A stretch of 64,000 bases of DNA. Origin: Gnetum montanum (taxonomy: Eukaryota; Plantae; Gnetophyta). A program made the translations under genes and the position numbers. The DNA is taken from assembly GCA_015680685.1 (NCBI GenBank), contig MNCI01000986.1, positions 293,648-357,647 of the forward strand, given 5' to 3'. Each line of letters opens with the position of its first letter. The stretch's first letter is position 1. This document shows, in pieces, positions 52,101 through 63,831 of this stretch. Under the pieces are notes generated by a model, which worked only from the letters and a program-made list of their open reading frames with translations, was not told where the DNA came from and searched no databases.

Positions 52101-52750
52101 GGATTCCATGCATATATTGCTACTATTAGAATTAGTGGTCAGCCACTAGGTGCCTTCCTGGTTAGTGGCTATTAGATACAAGCATTATTGAATTTGTGAT
52201 TCTGCAGCACATCGACTATATGCTTGAATGGATGCCCAATTAATGGACCAAAGTTACTGCACATAGTTGCACTCGGAATCACTGTATGTGATGCATGGAA
52301 CATGCTTCTTCTCAATCTTCCCAAAAGGATTTTCCTTTGAAATTTCAAGGGAAAGATCTCGGAGTCCCAAACATGCATCCACCATGCTGAGCCAAGCTCT
52401 TTCCATTATAATCAGAAAATCCCCCTTGCAATTATCAACACGGATGACCATGAAGTCAGCAGGGTAGGACCACCCACAAACAATGGTCATAATATCTTCT
52501 ACCAATCCCAAGGGAACCGTAATGGACTGGTCTGCTAGCTTAAGCCAAATGTTACTTTTCTTCAATAGGGGCAAGTACCAAGTCTTGTACATATCATGTG
52601 AAATCAAGTTGACACCTGACCTTGAATCCAAAAGTGCTTTGCATGGCTCGTTTCCTACCACTTGGAGGTATATGAGGGGACTCCATAGATTAGTCAATTT
52701 TCGAGGAAGATGACCTACCTTTATCCAGTCCATTATAACATGTGTTAACA
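49180..52750 (-). pseudogene. Athila pol: protease, reverse transcriptase, RNase H and integrase (degenerate)
   Basis: PR KALLDSRSGVNL; RT WRVCIDF..LN..KDHSPLPFVDQ, MPFGLCNAPATFQ, VFMDDFS; IN HEGPCGGHY, PFDIWGINFVG, ISDNNTHF, YYPQANGQAKVINK, DWSTKLNDALWAYR. Order is PR-RT-RH-IN. Confidence 0.95.
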
Positions 52751-53362
52751 TGATGGTTTGTACTTTTGGAGGTGTTTGGCTTGAAGGCTGCTCAAAGGAT
52801 CGAGTGGTAGAGGTGATTGGAGATTTAGAGGCACTAGCCATAAGTGAATGTGAGGGCATGTTTGGGTTATTGGGCTAGAAAAAGGAACGTTTCCATGGTT
52901 TTGATTCTGGCCCACTTGGCTAAGAAGCCAGTTGTAAATTGACAGCCCTTGTGGCATTACATTACTGTGGCTATGGTGGTATTTCTCCCTGCATAAGTGG
53001 AGCAAGAGGTAGTTGAGTTGAGGGTTGATGAGTAGGTATGGCAAGAGAAGATGGCGGAGGATAATGTAGATGTGGGTTCTTCCCCCTAGGTAATGAAGAC
53101 TAGGTTCAAAAGTATTTTGATGGATAGTAATGATTTTGGAAAGGTGCATGACAAGAAGAGTCTCACGGGGAGATTGGTTGTTGAACGTAGTACCCATAAG
53201 GATCTGGCTCCTGGTAAGGGTACAACTACCTTGGAGGTGGCATCCCCCATGATTGTGGGTGCTTCCATTACTGGTAATGCTCATAAGGTTGTGAGATGGG
53301 GGATCTCACAAAAGAGATCATGATGATGGGGGATGTTCATATTGGCAAATCACACCTCTCAT
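52750..53362 (-). pseudogene. C-terminal gag remnant of element 4
   Basis: Homologous to 26500-27070; ends at the zinc-knuckle codons at the fold-back junction. Confidence 0.7.
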
Positions 53363-53382
53363 AAGGACCTATCCATAAAAAA

Positions 53383-54744
53383 ATGAGAGGTTTGATTTGT
53401 CAATATGACCATCCCAAAGGATGTTGCCTTGTAGTGTACACATTGAATCCTTACCTAGCTTGTAGGCAAGCTCCTAGATGATTACCTTATCATCAAGCCA
53501 ACCTAAGGTAGTTCCACCAACAACAACAAGATTACTACCCAATTGAAACTCCTCCACAACTGTATGAACAATACCAACAATGGTACCAACCACAATCATG
53601 GGAATGCCACCACCAAGGCAGTAGTACCTTTATAGGCAACCAGATCCATATAGGTATTATGTTTAGTAGCCCATCTCTCCTAGAAGTTTTGCAAGTCATA
53701 TATCATTCCAGCATCACTATTACTCTTTAGAGTATCACCGAATACATTCACCATCTACTCATGGGGAAAACCCATATTTGTATCCTTATCATCCTCCATA
53801 TTTGTCTACACCTACACCTCCACCTTTAACCTAATTACCTCTTACTCCATCTATGCAAGGTGAGATTCTTGCATAGTCACAACAAAGGCACTCCCCTTCC
53901 CATGCCTCATCAAAAAACTATGTCAAAGGGGAGGAATAGCCCGCTATACTAATGATGTTATTTAATGCGCTTTGACCACTACCTAGAAGGAGATGATGAA
54001 GGATAAAACTCCTACAACAATAATCCAAAAAGAGGACCAGTAACCACCACCTCCACCTATCACTCAAAAAATAGTGTCAAATGTCACTGCAACATCCCAA
54101 CGGTTGCATGAGTTCTAAGAATGGCTCTTGAGCAAGCAAGAGCAATAAGTAGACATGCTCTTGAGCAAGAAAGAGCAATAAGTAGACATGAGTGATGGAG
54201 AGCCATATGTGCACCAGCCTATGAGTTACCTAAATGAGCTAGCCCAAACACTTAGCTAGATGGAGGAAGGTGGATCCATTTTCTTTGCCCAATGAATGTA
54301 GTTATTCACAAGGTAATATCCTAGCATCAAAGAGGTAATAGTATCTCTCTCAAAATAGTAGCAACTCCCAAAGATTTCTAGGAATGTAGCAACCATTTTA
54401 GTGCACTTGGAGGAGGGTGAGGGGACAATAATACTAGTGATGTAGCACTAAGGATAAGAAATAGCAATAGAGATGGTTGATGATAGAATCATTGAGACAC
54501 TCAATGCACCTGCAACAGTTATACTAGACGTCACTACACTTAAAGATGTGTAGACGTCCGTAGGGACCATAAGTAATAGATTAAGTGTAGCACAACATGA
54601 ATAACTACTAAATTGATTGGTCGGAATCGAGCAACTACTTCCAGATGTCTTTGATCTTCCAAATAGTATAACTGCAACATCGTTGGAGCTGCTAAAGACA
54701 AGGGGCAAGAATATTATTCTAGAAGGGAAACTTGAAATAGCCAA
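53383..54744 (+). mobile_element. Highly deleted Athila fragment (gag C-terminus joined to the middle of ORF2); host of element 5, resumes at 63832
   Basis: 53383-53880 is homologous to gag 26350-26880, and 54200-54744 to the reverse complement of ORF2 33200-33700. Confidence 0.75.
54125..54190 (+). repeat. 33-bp tandem duplication
   Basis: CTCTTGAGCAAG(C/A)AAGAGCAATAAGTAGACATG x2, with one mismatch. Confidence 0.9.
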
Positions 54745-55548
54745 CAATGAGTTGTGATTTGATGGGCCCTGACATTGGATACCCGACATCACCTCATCTG
54801 GATCTTGCCTATAAATACTGCACTTGGGCTCTCAGATGAGACAACATGTAGAACATAGGACATAATTTTAATTTTCAGTTTCTTCTATTTTAAGTCTACA
54901 TTTCTAGTGCATGCATGTAGCATGATGTTTGTAACCATATGAAACCTTTGTTTGAGTGTGACATACTTAGACATGTTGCATGATTGGCAATAAAAATTGA
55001 GATTAATCCCATCATTGCATCATCTACTTTGATTAATATTGTTGCTTTAATTATTTATTTTTTTCCTTAAACATTTCCATTTATTGTTATTTATTATTCC
55101 TATTATTAAGTGGAATGTATACACCTTAATCATGAGTGTGTAAGTGTAAATACTTGGTAATCCATAGGTGTATCATTTGGTACGACTAGTGATGTACACT
55201 TGGCAATCCATAAGTAATCTCACAAAGTCCAAGACATGTACAGATAGTTAGGAGAAAATACCATCACCCATAGGCTAGTTAGATTTTTTTTTTCCATTAT
55301 TCATTAGTTTAATAATTCATCTATTTATTGTCATCAGGAGTAGTGTAGAAATTAGATAACATCATATGCCTCACTCTGGAGTAAACCATATGTAACAAAG
55401 CTACCACTAAAGTGGGAAGATAGTGAACTATGATCAAAGCATAACAATCTATGTGTTACAACTAGTCCCATCCATGGAATTCTACTGAATTGCATATGAA
55501 TGCTTGTAATTCATATGGTTGAGCATAGGGGTACCTCACCACTTGTCA
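54745..55548 (+). repeat. 5' LTR of element 5 (terminal TG mutated to CA)
   Basis: Direct repeat of 62980-63826; TATAAATA at 54810. Confidence 0.9.
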
Positions 55549-55673
55549 TTAGCACCATTACTGGGGATGGTGCTAGTTATCTAGATTAGTTATATTATAC
55601 ATAACCCATGTAAAGGAATTAATGATATATCTTTTAGAAACTCTTCACTCACTCACACCATAAACCCAAAACA

Positions 55674-57850
55674 ATGTATTTTTTACATGGAAGTGACTAT
55701 GCACTATATAGCGAACACATTCATTGGAGAAATAATAAGATATATGATGAAGAAGACTACAATGATCAACCTTATGCAGGGGTTTCTTATGATTATGGCC
55801 ACTTTAACAGCACTCAAAGACTACATTCACCCAAGGTAGACAATCTTAGAGGAGATGACATAGGTCCTAAACTAGGGGAGGCCTCAAGGCCTAAAACCTC
55901 CTCAAAACTTGGAAATGATAAACCAAGGGACTTTGAGGAACACCATAGAAGCCATGGTAATTCTTCCAATTCCTCATCTTCCTCTTCCCCCTTAACATCT
56001 TGTTCTAATAAAGATGAACATAGGTATAGGGATAGAGCTCCATTAAAGGATCAAACAAAAAACTGGAATTGAATCCATAGGAAGAGTCAAAGAGGACACC
56101 ATGAACATAGGAACTTCCCTCATAATCTGTTTGATGATGATGAACCCCTGCTGGCCACTTGGAGCCTAATGCATATTACAAAGGCCATTAAGATATCTCC
56201 TAGGCATCACAAAAAGAGTCATTTACCCAAGCTAGACATGAATAATATTCCAAAATCTGCAAGAGGCTATGATTTAGATCTACAACATCATTTACAAGCC
56301 TTCCATGATGCTTGTGCTTTCTACAACATTGAAAGTGGATGGTAGAAGTGTAAGCTCTTTCCTAGGATACTAATTGATAAATCCAAAGTGTGGTATTAAT
56401 CATTGAAACCACATTCAATCCGATGGTGGTCAACAATGTTAGAAATTTTCAATGAGAGATACCAAACCTATAAGAGAGTGTCCTACCTAAGGAGAAAAAT
56501 CCAAGAGTGGAAACAAGAGCAACATGAACCCTTGAACATGGCCTTAGATAGATATTATGCCTTGCTAAATAAATGCCCAGGCCATGGTTTCTCTAAGGAA
56601 GAGAAACTTTACCACATCGTAGATGGGCTTCATAATGAAACAAGGGAAACCCTTGGGATGTATGCCCTAGGGAAACTATATGAGCTCCAAGCCCATCAAA
56701 TCAAAGAGCTCATAGAGCATATGGCAATAGAAGAAGGAGAAATGTGTAAATGGAAGTATGTTGAAAAACATCAATGGGACCCAACTCTTCAATCGAAGCA
56801 AGTCCAAATTTATGGTAAGGGAAATGAAACTACCTTTGATAAGGTGATCCCACAACAAACTTTGCCAATAAAGAAGTCTCTGGATGATTTAGAAGCAAAA
56901 TTTAATAGGATGTCTAAATGGATAAATGACATCATGATAACTCTTGTTAAGATGATCATAGAGAAGCTCATGCAACACAAGCCAGGTAATCACAATCAAT
57001 AGAGGATATAGAACCAAGCAACAACTAAGGACACTTTTCGGCAAATGAGAAAAATGGTTGACGAAAGTAAGGCTATATACTCCATTGCAAAAAAAGATGA
57101 TGGATGTAGCCTATTCATATATGACCACCCAAGGGGCCAATGCCCTATATTATTGCATCTATAGGAGTATTGGGTAGGTGCCTTAAATTTGAAACTTATG
57201 CAAAAGCACATGAACAAGAGACTTCCTCTCCCACAAGGTAATTTTAGATAGTCCCACAACCAATCATACCATCCTAGGGGGACTTATTACTAGCCTCAAC
57301 ATGATCATCAACTATAGTGGCAACAACCATAGTCATGGGGGAAGCCACCACCAAATCAACCATACTTGTCAAAACCTCATGGATATTATGTTCAACACCC
57401 TATTTCTCCAACTAGTTGGGTGTTCTCCACTTATAATTACCACTACCACTCTCCTAAGTATCATCAATACATGACATTCCCTGAAGGATCACCACCTCAT
57501 GCCTCTTACCATCCCACCTACCCTTGATATTCTCATAATTCACCTCCTTCAATGCCATCACTAGTAACTCAGGAAGGTCTAGCATCCCAATATCAACAAA
57601 CAAATGTCACTTGTGCTACGAATGTGCATAGACATGCTGATCCCAATGGGTCCCAACTACAACATCAAAAATGTTCCTTCTGGAGGAAAGCTCGTAAGCC
57701 AAAGCAAACCATGCATGAATCCACCACATCAACTAAGCTAGCACAAGGTCAATCTAGTGCACCACCTTCCCTTCCTCAACCAACGTCCTTCAGTTATACA
57801 CAAGGGCCACTATCCATTAGTACTTGAATCCCACATCCAACCAATGAATC
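55674..57850 (+). pseudogene. Athila gag pseudogene of element 5
   Basis: ORFs 55674-56072 and 56403-57002 (KPHSIRWWSTMLEIFNERY..LLNKCPGHGF..IVDGL) and knuckle remnant DGCSLFIYDHPRGQCP. Confidence 0.85.
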
Positions 57851-59445
57851 TACAAATATGGGAAGATAAATAAATCCATGCATACCACCTCATAATCAAG
57901 GGTGCAATCATGGGCCAGCCATCCATAATGTTCACACATCCTATAGCTTGACCCACCATACATATAACCATCAAGTGTGTCACCAACAATTTTTCTGCCA
58001 ATCCACCACACCATCAATAGGCACCTAGTGGCTAGGGCATGAAGGGTTCCCAATGTTTTATACATGCATGGATCCTATTCATCCACTTACTAATCCTAGT
58101 CATGACCAAATGTTTAGTCATTGGGATTACCCTCCATTATAATCTTTAGGATTTTTAAGTGTTTTTTCCTTTTTTGTTTTATAATTTTTTTATCATTTTC
58201 CTATTTCTTATACTTTTTTCTAGTTGTGATTTTAATTTTCTTGTATGTATTCTTGCTATTAATCATGTTTCCCATTGAGGTGAGGTTTTCTCTATGTTAT
58301 TGAGTCACAAGGGACTGATTATTTAGACATTGAGACCACGTCATCCATCCACCCATTCCATTAATAAGAGGTTCTTGCTCTAGTCATGATGGTAATCTTT
58401 TTCATCATCCAAACTCTAAATAACTTCATAATCATTGTGTTTGGATGGAAGAGTGCAGAACCAAGAAGGAATGTAATAGGTACGACATCAAGGGGATTTG
58501 TGGACTCTCTTTGGCTACTTTTGTGAGTTCTATTATGTTGCTGAGGTTGTAACCATATCCTTGTTGATCGAAAAAAATGGAAGTAAGAGCAACCTCACAT
58601 GGCATTGAATAAGCTTCTGTGGGTCCCACTAGAAAGACATGTACCCATGCCTAAAGGTTGGTAGCTTTATAGAACCCATCAAAAAACAATAATTGTGCCA
58701 TAATAACACTTCTTCCTTGGACAAAACACCAAGTGATGTTACTCCTTGCAACTTTAATAGTCTTATGATTATCTACTAATGAGATGAAACAATGCAGTGT
58801 CACTAAAAGATGGTTTGGACTCAATTCAAAGGTTGGAAAGATGGACACATGACTATTTAACCATTAATAACACCCAAGGTTTCATTGTTACATAGTACAA
58901 CATCTCATGTCCAGATTCCTATGATCCCTTCTACAATCCATCTCATATTATTGTCTGAATGCTCATAACTTGTGGTTTTATGTAACATAGAGTTGTTATC
59001 TCAATTCAGTGGTTTTAACATGTGTGTTTTGTTTCATAGGTAGGTGTTACATTCAACTCTAATAGTTCCTACAGACATTATCAGCATGATTACATAAGGG
59101 CATCATAAGCTAGAACTTGCTTTAGGAAGGATCGATTTGTGTAACTTTTGTGACTTGTACTTGTTTAACATGACCACATCATTTTTCACCTTTCATAAAC
59201 TCCATTTGTTATATTTTATTGTTTCCCATATCATATAATTTGTCCCATAGTCATGCTTTCAACACCCTTTTCTTGCTTGTTCTTGTACTTTTCATGTTAA
59301 CGACTTCACCTTATCCTACTTTCAGTGCCTCCAATTAATTTTCCACTTACCCAAATTGCAAAATTTAACTTGCAATATTCCAATCAACCCTAGAGCTTCA
59401 ATTTGCATGTCTTTTGGCCCCATCAAAATTGAAATTTTTGGACCT

Positions 59446-59487
59446 TGATGTCATGTACCTGACGTCGAGTTTGTACAAGCTTATAAA
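59446..59487 (+). promoter_or_regulatory. Putative internal ORF2 promoter (two CGACGTCG-derived palindromes 14 bp apart, then TATAAA at 59482)
   Basis: TGATGTCA at 59446, TGACGTCG at 59460 and TATAAA at 59482. The same geometry occurs at 35029-35086 and 47429-47486 on the minus strand. Confidence 0.55.
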
Positions 59488-60041
59488 CACAACCCCCACG
59501 ACACTTAGAACTTCATTTTTCTCATTTGATACTAGGGAAGTTGTTGAAATTTTTTCTCATGAGTTAGAGCTCTACGCCTCCATCTTCCACTTGTGATATC
59601 TAGCTCTCTAATGCTCTAATTTCTGTACCATTTCAATCTATCTAAACTTGGAGTGTTCAACTTAGTCGTGGGAGGTGCGTGCATGCAAACCTTATGTCGA
59701 TTTGTTAAAATTTTCTATTGCCTAGAAGGTATTCTAAGGGTAAGAATGTTAAAAACCTTAGGACTTATAATGAAAAATCATTAATGATAGCACTAGACAT
59801 CCAATTTTTCTAACCCTTGAGCCTATAACTGTTATTTTAAGCCCTAGATAATGAAAAAGGAACCAATCATGATGGGTCATAGAAGAAATACACACTTTTT
59901 GGGGGATTTTTCTTGAAACTTTTCCTAACCCTAAAATCATATGCATAATGAGCTTAATGAACTAAGGTTATGTGTAAGGTATGAATGGATTAATGATAAT
60001 AAATATAACCTTGGTAACACTTGGTTTTTGCTTGATTACAG

Positions 60042-62790
60042 ATGGCCCCAAAAAGAGGTTCTCACAGTGAACCCTTATGGAGAGCCACTAAGCATCCACA
60101 TGATGGTGATGACTAGCAAAGAGAACATGTGGAACATGTTGAACAAGAGGCCCAATGTTTCAGTATCCATCAAGAGGCCCTTGCTATTGGGCAATTGGCA
60201 CAAGGTGAGGTAGTAGAAGTATCAGCTCCTAAATAGGGACAACATCTCACATTGTCCCCTGACTGCCTTGCTGCCATCTTGGAAAAGTCCACATTGGCCT
60301 CGATGATTTTGGAAATGAACTTTAGCTTGTTCATGAAATTTTCCCCATAAGTGATGCAAATGCAACTCAAAACATCCCCATTGTGGCCAATCCTATCAGA
60401 CAATGGTGAATGGTACCTAGGGAAAGGCTATCAATTTTGGAACAATAAGGATGAAGGTACCACTATGAATATTTGTGGGATGAATGTCTCTTACCTAGTC
60501 AAAGATATAGCTCTAACTCTTAGCCTACCTAATGAAGGGGCCAAGGCTGCTCATCTATCCACTAGATCTAATCCTAAAACAAATAGACTATGGTTGAGGT
60601 GGGCATACAACAAAGAAGATAAGTCATACAATGAGATGACTTTGGAAGAGAGAACCTACTTTAAGATTGGGACGTACCATCTATTTCCTACCAAAGGGCT
60701 CAATTGAATCTTAACTTATGCAACTAGAGGAAGTACCATTCTAATGGAAAAATTTGTAGTTAACCTTCCCCAATATTACTTCACAGAAATCCAATAGTGG
60801 TTTAAAGAAACAAAGTTAGGGAGACCAACACTCCCATTTTCTTATTTGATCAGAAAGCTATGCAAGCATGCTAGAATCTTGGGATATACCAATGCTATCC
60901 CTAGAAAGGCTTAGCATGCCTCCTTCACAGAACTTCTAAAAACCATAGCACCAAGAAAAGATTCTAGTGAGGAGTAAGAAGCCAAAAATAAGGTAAAACT
61001 AAGAACAAAAATGCAACAAGAGCCTGAATAGCATCTACAAGCATAGGCTCAGCCATGACTACCGTAAGATTATAGACTGTCAATGAGCCACCTATAGAGA
61101 ATCGCTAAAACCATTAGCCGGGAAAGCAGGAATGAGGCCAATCTCTTCCACATTATGGATGATGTTGTACGACCCACTATATCAACCAATCTAACACAAG
61201 GAGAGATCTTAATTCAGTTAAAAGTAGGGGGATTCCAAACGTTATGCCAGATCTCTAGAAACGTTGCATCCTTTCAAGTCACCTTGGAAACTAGCAAAGG
61301 AACCATAGTTGTGGTGCTACAACATGAGGATGCAATGGGAATAATAGAGGTGATCACTAATCACATCAAGGAGTTATTTAATGTTCCTATTATGCCTTTG
61401 ACCAATCTAGCAGGAACTAGGGATGCACAAATGCTAGTCGGGACCTCAATGACTCTTATAGTGCATGAGGACGTGCTTGATTGTTTGTTGTAGATATGTC
61501 AAGTGATGACCACTTTATTTGACATCCCTAGTGATTTCACTAGAACACAGTCAAACCTCATCACTACCAAAGGAAAGTTGGTCATGGTTGAGGTTAGGGA
61601 AAAACATGCAAAAGCTAAAGTACATAGATTACAAGAAGAGCTAGCTAATCTGCGAACTAAATGATAGGATCCTACCTGATTTTTCATGCTTGACCAACTA
61701 AAACAATTTCGAATAGAAGAGCTTGCCAAGCTAGTGAAAGAAATAGCAGCTATAGAGTAGGAAAAGGAGATGGTGGTCTAGAATGCCTCCACTACAGATG
61801 TGCAAACCCATGTGCATAAAAAGGCACTGATCACCACCCAAGAAGAGAACAAGCAACTCATCATAGAGAATGCCTAATTGACCATAGTGGAGAAGCAAAA
61901 GAACATTTTGAAAGAGAGTGTCCACTAGTTAAGAGAACAACTAGTGAGGATCAACCAAGATATGAGTAGATTGGCCCAAGAAAATAGAACCCTCTCTATA
62001 GAGAAGGTACGTGCTATTCGTTAAAAGACAGCAATCAAGATCAACACATGGTAGAATGAGGCCAAGAAACATGAGAAGTTAAAAGAGAACCTCCATGACT
62101 AAGTTGGCATATATAAGGAAATTAATGAGATGGAAATCAAGATGGCCAAGGGCCACATCAGCTCCTTGGCAATGCAAAATTTTGAATGGCAGGCCATTTT
62201 GAATAGTTATGCCATGGTCCAACAAGTGGAAGTTAAAAATAAGGATCTATAAATAGAAGATTTGAAGGAATACATGTCATTGGCTAACCTCAGGTATGCC
62301 AACCTTACCATGTTAACAATAGATCATCCCCGAAGTGACTTGGAGAAGTAAGTGACAACCACCTATGCACTTTATGAAAAAGAGTTTGTAGATTGAAAAG
62401 ATGATTTGCAAAAGTTACAAGTGGCAAACTCAGAATTGGAGGTGGTCAAAGCTAGTTATCAAGGATAGAAAGATTTAGCCTCAAACCTAGCTCAGAGATT
62501 GATAGACTATCATGTGCTAAGAGATAAAGCTAGGGCTTTTGAGGAAGAACAATGATAGTTCGTGACATGGTACGTAAAGGTAAATCAAATGTTTCTATAG
62601 CTACCATGTCCTTGGGATGTACCAATGCCAACAAACATCATCATAGCAACCTAGATGATGCATGACCAAGGACAGAGGAGGAAAAATTGTAGGCCTTGCT
62701 CAACTGTTACAAATTTTAGTAGCCTGATGATAAAGGGAAGTGGCCAATGGAAGAGTCACCACCTCTAGGCACTACATGAGCTTTCTAATC
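60042..62790 (+). pseudogene. Athila ORF2 of element 5
   Basis: TTACAG|ATGGCCCC start; ORF 60351-60707 (SPLWPILSDNGEWYLGKGYQFWNN..YFKIGTYHLFPT); E/K/Q-rich coiled-coil-like region at 61600-62550; LPCPWDVP at ~62600. Confidence 0.78.
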
Positions 62791-62979
62791 TTATTTTTTT
62801 TATCTTATTTTGTAATAATGTGTCCCATTTTTGTACTGCACCACTGCAACATTTGAAGAGTTAGTTATTTTTTCCATTGTTTGAGTCAGTCAATAATCCC
62901 ATACCTACCCAATATTTTGTAAAGAACTTGTTCCTCATTTTTTTTAACTTAAGGACAAGTTTTCATTCAATTGTGGGGG

Positions 62980-63826
62980 TGATGAGTTGTGATTTGATGG
63001 GCCCTAATGTCAGGCCTAATAACTAACATTGGATACTCAATGTTGCCTCATCTAGATCTCACCTATAAATACTGCACTTGGGCTTCTGGATGAGACAACA
63101 TGTAGAACATATGGAATAGTTTAAATTTTTAGTTTCTTCTCTTTTAAGTCTACATTTCTAGTGCATATCCATAGCATGATGTTTGTAACTGTATGACATC
63201 TTTGTTTGAGTGTGACCTACTTGAACACATTACATGACTAGCAATAAAGATTGAGATTACTTCCATCATTATAGCATTCACTTTGATTAATACTATTACT
63301 TTAATTATTTAATGTTTTTCTTAGTTAAACATATTCATTTATTGTTATTTATTGTTCCTATTATTAAGTGTTCCTATTATTAAGTGGAATGTGTACACCT
63401 TAATCACAAGCATGTAAGTGTAAATACTTGGTAATCCATAGGTGTATCATTTGGTATAGCCAATGACATACACTTGGCAACCCAGAAGTAATCTCATGAA
63501 GTCCAAGACATATACAAATGGTTAGGAGCAGATACCATCACCCATAGGCTAGTTAGATTTTGTTTTCCATTATTCATTAGTTTACTTAATTCATCTCTTT
63601 ATTGTCATTAGGAGTAGCATAGAAATTAGACAATAACATATGCCTCACTCTGGACTAAACCATACATAATGAAACTACCACTAGTCTAAGTGGGAAGATA
63701 GCAAAGTGCAATCAAAGCCTAATAATTTAGGTGCCACAAATAGTCCCATCCATAGAATTCAACCAGATTGCATGTGAATGTTTGTAATTCATATGGTTGA
63801 GAATAGGGGTACATCATCACTCATCA
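62980..63826 (+). repeat. 3' LTR of element 5 (contains a private 16-bp tandem duplication at 63355-63386)
   Basis: TGATGAG...TCATCA followed by the TSD GCCAA; TTCCTATTATTAAGTG x2. Confidence 0.9.
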
Positions 63827-63831
63827 GCCAA

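Larger units (their letters stand above)
44354..53362 (-). mobile_element. Athila-like element 4, autonomous-type layout (gag-PR-RT-RH-IN, non-coding region, ORF2, PPT, 3' LTR), 5'-truncated
   Basis: LTR 44354-45237, PPT reverse complement TACCCCCACGACT (45238-45250), a second PPT-like copy at ~49065-49077, and the full set of pol domains. Confidence 0.92.
54745..63826 (+). mobile_element. Athila-like element 5: structurally complete but pol-less (LTR-PBS-gag-noncoding-ORF2-PPT-LTR)
   Basis: LTRs at 54745-55548 and 62980-63826; TSD GCCAA (54740-54744, 63827-63831); PBS TTAGCACCATTACTGGGGA (55549-55567); G tract at 62973-62979; no PR, RT or IN motifs. Confidence 0.92.
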
